A stretch of DNA of 64,000 nucleotides, taken from assembly GCA_951406725.2 (NCBI GenBank), contig OX597823.1, positions 98,394,001 to 98,458,000 on the forward strand, written 5' to 3'. The notes beneath the pieces are model-generated. The model was given only the letters and a program-made list of their open reading frames with translations. It was not told the DNA's origin and ran no database searches. Numbering within the stretch: position 1 is the first letter of the stretch; each line of letters begins with the position of its first letter. The position numbers and the translations under genes were made by a program. Shown here piece by piece: positions 40,731 through 53,370 of the stretch. The DNA comes from Octopus vulgaris. Its lineage: Eukaryota.

Positions 40731-40732
40731 AT
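40060..40732. repeat. Degenerate (TG)n/(TA)n microsatellite
   Basis: Direct inspection. Confidence 0.9.
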
Positions 40733-41441
40733 ACTGTTTCATTTCCTTCTTAGTGTATGGAATAAAGAATTTGTATTATGAATGACTGAAGAATGATGAT
40801 ATTGCCATTAGGTGCCAACATGTCGAGTGTAGTGAAATAAAAACAAATTTTCAAAATTACCATCAGCTATTGATTGACCTTCTTAATTTTTCAATAAATA
40901 ATATTTTATGCAAATATCAACTCTATTATTAGTTCATTAAACTTTTTAGTATAATTGTAATATTTTCTTCCTAGCTCTTTGCCTAGCACTTAGCTTGCTT
41001 GTTATTCTCTCCCCACTCTCTCTCTATGTATTTACATACATGTATATATGTATACATATATGTATGTGTGTGTGTACTTGTTTGTTTATATACTTATGTA
41101 CACATACATACTTGGATCTATATATATGTATATATATATCTATATCTATCTATACATACACACACGCACATCACTATAACATAAATCTGAAAAAGAAGCA
41201 TACTAAGTTATTGAGTAAAAAAAATGTGCTTAATCAAATTAGGAACCCCACATCTAAATAACACTTACCCCGCCCTAATTACCCAAAGAAACTAACCAGT
41301 CTACCACAGTGACACCTCTAACCAGTGAATTCACCAGTGCAAGAACAAAATTTAATGTAAGACTTACTGCCTTTGTTTATATTACCATCACATATGTATC
41401 AATTATTTTTGCATCCTAACTGATGCATCTATCTATATTCT

Positions 41442-41490
41442 CATTCTGAAGAGATTTACTTACTCCAGTAAATCGAAATGATTGTAAGCG
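41442..41490 (+). ncRNA. Degenerate type-I hammerhead ribozyme
   Basis: CTGAAGA-gatttact-tactcc-agtaaatc-GAAA-tgattg-TA. Perfect 8-bp stem II and canonical core; stems I and III eroded. Confidence 0.6.
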
Positions 41491-42029
41491 CTACCTTCAT
41501 CTCTGCTTCCTCCTTCTTTGTTATCTAATTAAATTAAAGGCATACCAGTGAAAACCACAAGTTTCCCTTGTTATTACATCCATTTTCTTCTCCTACACAC
41601 ACACACACACACACACATCTATATCCATCATTAACACCTCACTTATCTGCTATCACCCTCAATGACTTCCCATATCTACTGCAACCCCTTGTCCCTGGGC
41701 CTCTCTTATATTTCTCTCCATCATTTCCCGCAGTCACCTCTGTCCTGTTCAAACCTCTGTACCACCTTACTTATTCTCACCACTCCCAATGTACCCACCA
41801 AGGGTATGTCCTGATATATCTTCACCAACATCTCTCTTACTATCATTCTGTTTAGCATTCTCTCTGGCTCATCCACTCTCCTTATCTTACTCTCTAACTT
41901 TCTCTTCTAATTTGGGTATTCATGTTTCCACTCTACAGCAAGACATCTATCTCTGCCCCTCTATACCTTTAATTTCTCATTGACTGGCATAAAGCCACCC
42001 TGCTCAATACTACTCCCCACTTTTAGTTG

Positions 42030-42250
42030 AGGGTTTTTTGCCTTGCAAGTTGCTTGGTGACCCTGTCGGTAATAGTGCCACATAGAAAACACCAAGTACA
42101 CTCTGTAAAGTGGGTGGTATTAGAAAGGTCATCTTGCTATGGAAAACAACCCCAAAACAGACAATGGAGCCTGGTAAGGCTCCTGGCCATGCCAGCTCTT
42201 GTCAAACTATCCATCCTATGCCACATGGAAGACATTAAATGATGATGATA
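42030..42250 (+). mobile_element. Decayed RTE family A-related 3'-end copy
   Basis: gtgccacatagaaaacacc...catggaagacattaaatgatgatga. Confidence 0.6.
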
Positions 42251-42757
42251 TACTGTTTGTAATTTGAGGCTATCCCTTCATATGCTGTCAATTAAAGATC
42301 ACAACAATTACAGTACCTTCAACAGTTTTTCATCTATATATAGTATCTCACAGCATTAAGGATACCAGGGTATATCTGTACTCTTTTTATATTATGGCAT
42401 GCTTTTTATCCCCCTGTTATCTCTGAAAACACCAAACCAAACTAAGCCTAGTTATAACCACTCCCATCACGACCTCACTATTTTCTTTTTTCCACCTGTT
42501 GAGGAATTGTTCACTGATATAGGCACTAATATATGATTCATATGGATGATGTTAGTTGTCAAAGGGAGATGGAACCTGTAGAAGCAGGCCCAAGGTAGAT
42601 GTAGGAAAAAAATTGGTGAAGACGCCGAAGATGCAGAATCTCGTGAAAATCTGCCTTAAATTTGCTTTAGCCCCAGGCTGACCAATGCCTTGTGATTGAA
42701 TTTAGGAGACAGAAACTGAATGGAAGCCCATTGTGTGTATATATATATATATACACA

Positions 42758-43356
42758 CTAGCAATGCGCCCTGGTGTTGCCCAGGTGTTATGACCCACAG
42801 CTACATTGTATTATTTGTTCCTTTCTTTTGAGCAGAATTGGCACATGAGGAGTATGAAGCAAACAACTCTTCTTTACAAAAATTTTTTTCCGTCAGTTTC
42901 TTTATGAACAACGCTGCAGTTTCTGCCTACAAATTCAGTCACAACTCTGTGGTTGGTGTAGGGCCAAAGCACTTATCCAGGGTGCTATGCAGAAGGACTG
43001 AATGTGGAAACGTGTGGTTGGGAAACAAACTTCTCAGCCACACAGTCATTCTTGCACCTAATAAGTGCGTGTGCATGCCAGGTGCGTGTTTACAGTTGTT
43101 GTTAAATTGATTATTGTGTCTGGCAGAGTTGCCTCCCTTAGCTAAAGACCTCAAAACTGTGCCACCTGACCTCATATATGAGGTTATTTTTGTAGTAAAA
43201 AAAGAGTTGTTGTGCAAAAAACATACTTTATTTTGTAGCGGAAAGGTTACTGGATCTTTTGATACCTCATACATCAAAATTGGCAAATCAGTTATCGAAT
43301 CTCTAAGGAACACATGCACACACACACACACACACACAAACTCTGTTTTATATATT
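42758..43356 (-). mobile_element. Older non-autonomous Helitron-like element
   Basis: a|ctagcaatgcgccctggtgttgcccagg resembles the 3' end of the 6964 element; the other end has (CA)n plus ctctgttttatata, like the Helitron 5' region. Confidence 0.6.
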
Positions 43357-43590
43357 CATCATCATCATCATTTAACGTCCGTTTTCCATGCTAGCATGGG
43401 TTGAATGGTTCAACCGGGGTCTGGTAAGCCATGGAGGCTGCACCAGGCTCCAGTCTGATCTGGCAGTGTTTCTACAGCTGGATGTCCTTCCTAACGCCAA
43501 CCACTCCGTGAGTGAAGTAGGTGTTTTTTACGTGCAACCGGCACAGGGGCCAGAGCAGGCTGGCAAACGGCCACGATCGGTTGGTGCTAT
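43357..43590 (-). mobile_element. RTE family A 3'-end copy
   Basis: (CAT)n-ttaacgtccgttttccatgctagcatggg...cctaacgccaaccactccg. Confidence 0.85.
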
Positions 43591-43599
43591 ATTTTTGTG

Positions 43600-43805
43600 T
43601 GTGTGCCTGTGTTTGTCCACCCTCCCACTGCTTGACAACCAGTTAACATGGCCATAACTTAGTGGTTTGGCAAAAGAGGCAAAAGAAAGAGTTAAGTAAC
43701 AAACTTAAAAAATAAGCACTGGGTTTGATTTGTTTTACTAAACCCTTGAACGTGGTGCTCCAGCATGGCTCTAGTCCAGTGAATGAAACAAGTAAAAGAT
43801 AAAAG
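43600..43805 (+). mobile_element. 3' half of SINE family C
   Basis: Matches 19645-19810. Confidence 0.65.
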
Positions 43806-43989
43806 TTGCATTTCAGTTAAATAGTTGTTTTCATGTTGGACACGCTTTCACTTTTATAGAATATGGCAAATGGATTCATCAATTTCTAAATATATTCTTC
43901 ACAGAATACATTTTTACTTAAAACCTTTAGTTTGATCTAATTGTGTTGGAAAACTAAAAAAAGTTTGTTAACTAATAGAATATCTTTTT

Positions 43990-44256
43990 ATTACGGAGAT
44001 GTACTTGCATAGCGAGTGACTTGATCTGAGATCGTGTACTGGAATGAAAACAATTGCAGCGTGGAAGGTGTTTATCAGCTGTTTAAGAAACACACAAAAA
44101 CCGTTAGATTCACTACAACATTTAAATTTAATTTGTCAAAATATTTTCGCCGCTTTGAGACCGCAACCTGTTCACTGACAAAACTTAAATTTAAATGTTG
44201 AAGTGAATCTAACGGTTTTTGTGTGTTTCTTAAATGGCTTATAAACACCTTCCACG
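43990..44256. mobile_element. Fold-back element with a ~72-bp inverted repeat (Penelope-like inverted end)
   Basis: Arms 44060-44131 and 44185-44256; the loop contains a hammerhead-like topology on the minus strand. Confidence 0.6.
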
Positions 44257-44690
44257 TTTTAATTATAAATAAACAAATAAAACAAATATGGTGAGCTGGG
44301 AGATTTATTAGACCTTTGGAAAAAATTGCCTTGTGATATGTCATGTGGCTTTATGTATGAATTAAATTCTGCTGAGGTCTGTTTCACCTTTCATCTTTCT
44401 AAGTGTGATAAAACAAAGTAGCAATTAAATACTAGAGTAAATAGTACTGAGTGACTACTGCCTCTAGATTAAAAAAATAAATAAAATTGAAGGCCTTAAT
44501 GAACTGACAGAATTGTTAGAGCATCAATTAAAAAATCTTGTTATTTCTTTCAGCTCTTTACATTCTGAGTTCAAATTCCACTGAAGTAAACTTTTCTTTC
44601 ATCTCAGGGGTTGTTTTAATTGATAACCTTGTGCCTAAATTAGGAGCAACTATTAATTAACTGAAAAGAAAATATTTAGCTCATATACAG

Positions 44691-45000
44691 TGGAGGCTCA
44701 ATGGCCCAGTGGTTAGGGCAGTGAACTCGCGGTCGTAGGATCGCAGTTTCGATTCCCAGACTGGACGTTGTGAGTGTTTATTGAGCGAAAACACCTAAAG
44801 CTCCACGAGGCTCCAGCAGGGGGTTGTGGTGATCCCTGCTGTACTCTTTTGCCACAACTTTCTCTCACTCTTTCTTCTATTGGGCTGCTCGCTTAGCCAG
44901 CGGGGTGGCATCATTTGAAGGCTAAAACAATGTGAAGCGCATTGTGACCAGTGATGTGTAGCAACATCTGATAGCCTGGTCGGTCACGTGATCACGTGAT
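44691..45000 (+). mobile_element. tRNA-derived SINE (family B, tail type 2, RTE-B-related 3' end)
   Basis: tggcccagtggttagg A-box and gtttcgattccc B-box; 3' end ctggtcggtcacgtgatcacgtgat. Confidence 0.88.
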
Positions 45001-45309
45001 TTGGTAATAATATTTTAGTGGATTATAAACTTTTTTTTGTTTTTCTGTTCAACTGTAGGTTGAATAGGTTTGGGTAATGGTTTCTGGTACTATCTTTTTG
45101 ATTTTAAATATTTCAATTACTTGCAATTTTTAAATATGCTTTTTTACTCAGGGCTTTATTTATTTAAATAGTTATAAAAGTTCACCTGCAACTTCAAGAA
45201 GTTGTAAGATTGTACTCCTTCATTTTATTCCCATATTAGATTTGGATTTCCATCTTATTTATCATGGACTTTATTCTCCTCGTATGAGTTGTTTGCCCAG
45301 TTATAGTGA

Positions 45310-45590
45310 GGATGCATGACCTAGTGATTTGGGTGTTGCACTTGTGATCAATACCATTGTGGTCTTGATCACCAGACAGAGTAGTGTGTTGTGTGCTTGA
45401 GCAAGACACTTCATTTCACTTTGATCTGTGATCTCTTCAACATCTTATGTGTAGCACACCAGCCTCTATACATGCAATGTCAATTTGATGGAGGCAATGA
45501 GCTCATGTACGGCACAAACATATGATCACTGTAAAGGAATTATCTGTGCAGGCTGTTCAGCAAGAACTTGCAGAATCATCTGTCTGGCAC
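45310..45590 (+). mobile_element. Decayed SINE family D
   Basis: Similarity to 29186-29475. Confidence 0.6.
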
Positions 45591-46680
45591 TCAAGAGACT
45601 ACCACCAACAACCCACTTAGGTATAAATTTTAGAAGAAAGTATATTGTAAGATTTCTCCATCATCAAATTACATAGCTATCGTAAGTAATAAAGAACTAA
45701 CCCATAACTACTATATGTTGAAGAATTAGGAAATATATTGCTTAATGGCCTCTGTCATATTAAACTATTACTGATTAAAGGAATGCACACATATGGCAGC
45801 CATCTTGGACAATCAATATTAATGTCTGACAGAGGCTAATATGTTACCACAGCAACACCACATCTGTCAGTAAACTATGTTAAATATTTCCACAGTATAT
45901 CAATTCTATTTCCCTAAAATTCATAAAAAAATTATGTTCGTGACCAAAATAAGTATTTTTTGCCTCAATCTGTATTGATTCCTTATGTTTGCACATTATC
46001 ACAAATTTGCAAGAGAAGGGTGTGATTAATTAAGTCAGCTCTTGTATATGTTTGGTTCTTATTTCATTGACACTGGAGGGATAATAATGAAAGTTGGTCC
46101 CTAGTAAAATTTGAAATCAGAATCAGAATGTAGATGATGCCACTAAACACTAAGGAGTATCATCTGGTGCTTAATATTCTTTTCATTCCTCCACCAGCAT
46201 TTCTCTGTTGTAATTCTTTTCCACTTTATTAGATGCCGGTGCCAAAGTTGGTAAGATGCCAAACTTAGCACCTTAGTGTACAAAATATATTATGAGCTAT
46301 AAATAGTAAAGTTACATAAGAAGAGGTTCTTGTAAATCTATTGACATTGGTATTGTTGTAAGACATGGGTGCAGACATGACTGTATAGTTCAGAAGTTTA
46401 ATTGGAAACCATGTGCTTTCATCTTCTCTCCCATTGTAGGGGTGCTTTGAATGAACCAGGATCTTTAACCAGTGTCTTGTAAGTGAAGTTTGGGAGACAA
46501 AACCTGTGCAGAAGCCTTGTGTGTGTGTGTGTGTGATTGACAGAGTTGTTGCAGTATTGGTATGTGTTGTATTTGTTCTGACAGTTGGTACTTTGAGCTC
46601 AAATCCCATTGAAATCAACTTTGCCTTTTATTTTTTTAGGGTTGATAAATAAAGTAGTTTTTTTTTTAATTTCTCTCCAG

Positions 46681-46763
46681 CTGTTCAAGATCCCTCTAGC
46701 TGTCCCACTAGATCAAGATTGGAAAGGCCAAGATGGTGTCTATGTTTGCTTGCAACTTCATAG
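46681..46763 (+). CDS. Candidate coding exon, probably terminal, of the same host gene
   Basis: Strong acceptor (tttttttttaatttctctccAG). The phase-1 frame compatible with exon 25080-25204 reads (A)VQDPSSCPTRSRLERPRWCLCLLATS* (TAG 46761-46763). The phase-0 frame is also open up to AG|GT at 46763. Confidence 0.55.
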
Positions 46764-47893
46764 GTACCTCACATAATTAGTGTAAGCATTGGAACATACA
46801 ACTAAATCACACCTGATTGTGAGTGACTGTCATATTGTTTACATACACATACTCACACATTTGTATGTGTGTGTGTAACTTTTGCCAATGTAAATAAGTA
46901 CAGTAAAAGTAAGGAAACTAAAAAGCCGATACTTTGTGAACAATGCCTTTTGTAATATTTGTGGTACATCAAGTTAGAGACTCCTTTGTTATATTCCCTT
47001 CCAAAATTCAATGTATCAGTAATTGACCTTATCGAAAGCTGTAATTAATAGTATTATTTTTCACAAATTGCAATTTTAAGGAAATGGTAAGGATAGGTTT
47101 GAATTTGTCTTCTGTTATGATAGATGGGAACAAGGTTTTTTTAATATTTGTGTAAAGTCATATTCAACAAATTTGAGTCTACTTGGATGTGAGAAGACCA
47201 TTCACTGCGAAGATAGCCACAGGTGAAAATTCTCTGCTGAAACATGTATGGAAACACAAAATGGTCTGTAAATGACATCAATGGATGTGTCCTTTCACTT
47301 TGTCAGCTGTGGAAATCAAATCTGTCATTCATTAAATGAAATTATTCTTATGAAAACAATTTATGGTATGTATACTAATGTGTGTAAAACTTGGTCAAGC
47401 TAGAATTGAATAATGTTACATAAAGCAGCATTGAATGAAATATATTTGTGCGGTCATATTTAACACATTCAACTGTACTTGGATATGAGAAACTTCAATG
47501 CACAACTGTAAATCATAACAAAGTCACACATCATCAACAGAAATAGCTATTTCCTGAAGTCTCTCATATAGCAAAACAGATATAGTTATGTAAAAAGAGA
47601 AATGTCTAACTTGCTGTTTTCTGTGTGTAAAGGAGTGCTTCTAACTGGGTATGACATTCCATTACTTGACTTATGGATTGTGAGTTCAAAATCTGTTGCA
47701 AGCATTTTATTGTGTTTCTAGGCAGAACACTATATTCCACATTACTTCAGTTTACTTAGATGTGGGGATAGGTTCTAAGATATCATCATTGGCCTTATTC
47801 ACACCAAACTCTATAAGCCATCTCAGTATTTTAGCCAAACTCTAATTCTGTTTGTAACCTGCATGCAATGGCTGGTGTGTGTGTATGTGTATG

Positions 47894-47930
<37 letters not shown>

Positions 47931-50900
47931 CATGCATGCACAATAATATCTACCCCAGATTAAACACCCCTAACACAGAGTATGCATACCTCAATGAGTA
48001 TTTTCCTTGGCAATTAGGGATTAAGCCTTTGTATTGTTTACTCCTATCTAAAGACATTGTTAAAATAAAAACAAAATACTTATTCAAAAGAAGAAGGGTA
48101 ACATCCATGACCTTCTCTAAGATCTCCAAGACTGGTGAGAGGTAGTTATTTTGAGATTGGAGACCTGGTGTGAAAATTTGCAGCAGAATATACTCTGGTA
48201 AAGGAGCTGAGGGGCTAGTTGGTGACATTTAATCAGGTGGTACATTAAGTTTATCACCCAAGGACAAAAATGATTCCTTCAGTGGATTTCCATTCAGTTT
48301 CCATCTATCAAATTTCACTCACTAGGCTTTGGTCAACCCCTAAGCTATGATGGAAGACACTTGCCAAGGAATTGAACCTGAAACCGTAGTAAACTTCTTA
48401 TCCACACAACTATGCTTAAAGCAGGAAATAGTTATATTGCAGTAATTTTGTTAAAACTATTTTTCTTATCTTTTGTTAACCATTATAAAAAAGGTAGAAG
48501 TGCTACTTCAGTTGCACCCCACCTCCCAATACCTTGTACTTTTTTTAATTAACCATAAGAAAATAAAAGTTGACCAAGGTGAGAACTTGAAAATTGGCTC
48601 TCTACTTTGTTACTAGTAAAAAACAATACTGCACTGCCAGCTTATTTCTATGTCATGTCAAATAATAAATATTTGAGTAATTGACTAATTCTGCTTTAAA
48701 ATGAAATTTAGTTTACAAACTGAGACATATTCAGATTTGTCTATTTTACATTATGTTCTGCAAACTTGGGCAAGTTATAACTGATTTGAAGCCAAAGACG
48801 TGAAGTGCTTCACAATGATATGCTGTGGAGTTAATAATACATGCTTTCTTCCAAGTTAGATACGCAGATATGATGAATAATCCACTGAGTTACTTTCATT
48901 GCTTTGTCATTTCACTTCATGATATTTATAGTTAATACAAGATATATTGTGCAGATAATTACCTGTAAGTTTTTATAAATGCACTTGTTTCATCTCTTTT
49001 TTATATAATGTCGACTTTTTAAATTCATGAATTAAAATGATTTCATGACTTTTCGGGTATTTATAAGCTATTATTTATTCTCTACAGAAAGAGGGGAATA
49101 TTCTTATTGACCAATTCTATTGCTTACAAATAATTTGTAAGCAGATGTCATACAAAGAAATACCTTTCTCTGCCTGTGCATCAACTTCAAAATTTTACTT
49201 AATTGCAAATTTTGTTTTTTTACTAATGGATAAAAAAAAAAAAACCTCCATTAATAATGAATGAACTAGTTAAGCTTTGCCTTTTAAAAATCACATGTTA
49301 AATTTGCAATGAATTTAATTAGGTCAGGCTATTATGAAAAGAAGAAAAATCTCAAAAATCTCAAGTCTTGAATTGTGGAACTTTATCATTGAAATCACTG
49401 ATGTCATCAAAGTTAATACTGTCATCAGCAGCAACAGTGATGCTGCTATTTCTATGGTATCATGAGTTGGACAAGTTTGTAGTGTATCAGCGTCTTGATG
49501 AATTAGCAGTGTTATTTGAATGTTTGATGGAATGCTTTGTAGTATTTGTTTTGACTCACTGCACTCTGAGTTCAAATCCTACAGAGGTCAGCTTTTGCTT
49601 TTCATCCTTTCAAGATCAACAGAAGGTACCAATACAGGGCAGTGAATTAATGGAACTATTAGTGAGTTGGGTAAGATGCCTTGTGGTATCTGACTTGGCT
49701 CTTTGTTTTCTGATAGCAACACTTACAACTACACTGTTGCTAAGCTGCATCTGTCCAAGTCAACAGCCTTTCTCTTGGATAAACATTGGTGGCATAGAGA
49801 TGGGGAAACCTGAATGCATGAGCAACAGCTAGACTTTTTAAAAAAACTTTGCCTGGTCTTACACATGCATGGGTACATCATCTACCCTACCTACTAAAAA
49901 ATAATGAACAGTTTATTGCAAATATTTATGGAAATAACGGATTAGTTGTGTTAATGTGAGAAACTTTACAATGTACTCTGTTTTTTGCCAGGTGTTGCAT
50001 TTTTTTCTGAAGTTCAAATTTTATAGAGTTCACTGAAGCATGGTAATAGTTAATAAATTTCATTTTTACCTTTGATCTTATAAATGTTGAATACCAGCAT
50101 ATCTTTATCATTCTCTTCATTTATATACCCAGCTCCAAAGATTGGCATTATTACCTGATTCCACCTGCCAACAAAATGGTTTCCATTCATCAGAAGCGAT
50201 GCCCAACATGTCCATGTTTATGTATGTCCTTCATAAATGTATGAGTTGTAAATTTTGCATACATATATGAATCCTCCTCCTTGGTTTTTCCATGTTAGCT
50301 TGGGTTACATGAGAATTCTTGAGGCAGTATTCTTTGGCCTGATCCCCTTCTGATGCCAACCTTTGTTCTTCAAGTAAGGTGCTTTATTGCACTGGTCTTT
50401 GCATATCAAGGCCACAATGAGTAGGACACGAGGAAACACTACTACTGCTTAAGTGGTTTCAATGTAAAGACAAACACACACACACACATGGAGACATAAA
50501 CAAACCTACACTGGTTGTGAAGTCAAGTATTGAGAGAGAGAGAGAGACACACACACACGCAGAGTTCCTGTCAACCAAATTCATTCACAAGTTATTGTTG
50601 GTGAGCTGAAAACACGCAGCCAATGTGTTGAGCACTGAGACTAAACCTGAAACCAAGTGATTGTGAAATGAGTTTCGTTACCACAATGCCTCCCATCCAT
50701 ATAACAGGCTTCCCTTTATCAAATTTCACTCACAAGGCACTTGTCAACATGAAATTATAGTAGTATCATGCAGTGTAATTGAACCCAAAACCACGTGGTT
50801 TTGAAGGGAACTTCTTACACAGTCAAGCTAGTGCCTATGTAGAAGGAAAGTAACTGAATGCTTATAAGATTGAACTGCAGAATCATAGATCTTGAGTTCA

Positions 50901-51167
50901 ATTCCACTATGTTTCATGATGTTGTTTGGAAGAAGCGAACTTGTGATGGCTCTCTGTTCTATCCAGGAGTTGATACATTTCTTATTTATTTAAAACTATA
51001 AAACCAAAACCAATCACTGGCTATTGAATTCCCTTTAGGGCTTAGGAGATCTTTAAACTTCATTGTTGTTTAGTCCCAGTTAACATGATCAAACAAACCT
51101 ATAATGAAAGTCATTCCATCCATGACCATCTGTTCTCATTTTGTGTGTGTGAGTGTGTGTGTATGTA

Positions 51168-51224
<57 letters not shown>

Positions 51225-51282
51225 CTATCTATCTATCTATCTATCTCTGTCTGTCTGTCTGTCTACCTACCTACCTATCAAC

Positions 51283-51320
<38 letters not shown>

Positions 51321-51402
51321 CTATCTATCTATCTATCTATCTATCTCTGTCTGTCTGTCTACCTACCTACCTACCTACCTACCACCTACCTACCTCCCTA
51401 CC
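51168..51402. repeat. Compound tetranucleotide microsatellite (CTAT)/(CTGT)/(CTAC)
   Basis: Direct inspection. Confidence 0.95.
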
Positions 51403-51464
51403 TCCCATAAAGAATGCAGTTTTTTTCAATTGCAATGAACCAAATGTTGGCTTTGGGTTAAACT

Positions 51465-51790
51465 ACATGACATTCGAAAGGCTGGAGCAGTTTCAGTGGG
51501 AAACGATACCCCACTCACTATATTTGCTGGACATTGCCCCATCTAATTATCATTTATTTCGCAGTCTTCAAAATCATTTGGACAGAAAAAATATTGCGCA
51601 TGAGGTCAGAATAATACTGGAGGAGTATTTTTCATCACGGACAAGTGAATTTTGGAAGAGGGGCCTTGCAAGTCTACCAGAAAATGAAACAGAGTATATT
51701 TTCGATTAAAAAAGAACTTTGTTTATCTTAATTTTGAAAAATAAAAGAAGTATAAAAAAAGATACATTATTTATGGGATGATGCCAATAT
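51465..51790 (+). mobile_element. Mariner transposon 3' remnant (transposase C-terminus plus right TIR)
   Basis: LEQFQWETIPHSLYLLDIAPSNYHLFRSLQNHL (cf. HPPYSPDLAPSDYHLF) and FWKRGLASLP; TIR-like cattatttatgggatgatgccaa|TA. Confidence 0.85.
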
Positions 51791-52607
51791 ATAAATGAAT
51801 TATTAAGGTGGCTACTCGCAATTTAGCACTGACTATTTACACGCACACACACACACACACAGTTACATTATTCAATGTGTTCAATGTGTTCTTTCTCTTT
51901 CAAGGTAGTAGGGTTTTCTCAGGATTTCCTACTTTTAGCAGTAGAATTCACATGCACTAGCAGGTGTAGATGTCTTGAAAAAAAAGCTAAAACATAAATT
52001 ACCATTATTTGCCATCAGCTCTAATAGCTGCATACATTAGAATTCAGCTACAATCACTACCACCACCACCACCACCACCACCACCATATTAACACAATAT
52101 TCCTTAAGGGCATTTTGATATTTTTTCACAGATTATTTTCCTACTATGAATACCGCATATGTTCACATTTACCACATTCAAGAACATTCTCTATTCTGCT
52201 TTAATCTTAGCTAAGAATTCCTTTCTTAGTCTTCTTTCCAACTACACATTTCTGTTTAATTTCTTCCGTTATGATTTCCCAAACATTCATACCTTTTGTG
52301 TGACTTACCTTTGAAGTTGTATGCAGTAAACCTCCCCGTCTCCTACAATAAACCTGATCTAGAATTTGCTGTAGGATTTCTCACATGGTTATAAAACCAC
52401 ACATTTTTTTAGAAAATGATTTAGTCAATTTAATAACTTCCCACCACCAGTGTAGGCATTATTTTATTGATCTTGATTGACATAGAACCAAAGATAGAGT
52501 TGGCCATGGATGGATTTGAATGAAAAATACTGTAAGTTGTTTTAGTGCAAGGTTACACAATTTCTGTCATTCTAGTGCTTCATTTAACTAAGGAAAAATA
52601 TATTTAC

Positions 52608-52730
52608 ATTAGAAATATTAAATTTCTAAATATCTCAGAGAGGTATAAGCAGTGGTGGAATGATAGAGCAGTTGTATATATCTCTCTGCTTATATCTCTC
52701 TGAGATATTTAGAAACTTAATATTTCTAAT
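52608..52730. repeat. 45-bp inverted repeat (2 mismatches) with a 33-nt spacer
   Basis: 52608-52652 versus the reverse complement of 52686-52730. Confidence 0.9.
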
Positions 52731-52819
52731 TTTGGCGATCAGTGAATAAACTTCACTGAAAATATATATATATGTTTACAAAGCCTAGACAGGTATCTTC
52801 AGCTAGCAGGCCATGCTAC

Positions 52820-52861
52820 TCCAGACTGATGACGAGCAAGACTCAGAAACATGTCTCTGGA
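52820..52861 (+). ncRNA. Minimal type-I hammerhead ribozyme
   Basis: tccaga-CTGATGA-c-gag-caaga-ctc-a-GAAA-catg-TC-tctgga. 6-bp stem I, canonical core, palindromic ACATGT stem III, GUC cleavage triplet (cut after 52855). Confidence 0.82.
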
Positions 52862-53169
52862 TGCAGGCCTAGCTTTTGGGGGTGCTTGTCTCCCCCTTGT
52901 AAACATAAGGACACAGGAAATGTGTCAAGGCCGACAGGAACCGTTGATGCTTCCTAGGGCTAAATAGCAGTGGTGTGATTCCCTTTATGGGACTGTCACG
53001 TTAAGTTGACAGTATACAGCTGCTCTATATTTACATTATTTTGGACCAATGCAATAAGGGGAACCCTATTAATTACAGAGCCCCCTAATCCCATCAATAA
53101 TGCTTCGTTATTACTTCTTCATCATTTTCATCATTTTATTGTGAAACAAGAGCCACAAACCATTAATAA

Positions 53170-53370
53170 TCTTTTCTACTCTAGGCACAAGGCCTGACAT
53201 TTTTGGGGAGGGGACCAGTCGATTAAATTGACCCCAGTACGCAACTGGTACTTAATTTATCGACACCGAAAGGTTGAAAGGCAAAGTCAACTTTGGCGGA
53301 ATTTGAACCCAGAATGTAAAGACAGATGGAATACCGCTAAGCATTTCGCCTGGTGTGCTAACATTTCTGA
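53170..53370 (-). mobile_element. SINE family M flanked by a target-site duplication
   Basis: Family M motifs; gagccacaaaccattaataat occurs on both sides (~53150-53170 and ~53369-53389). Confidence 0.85.
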
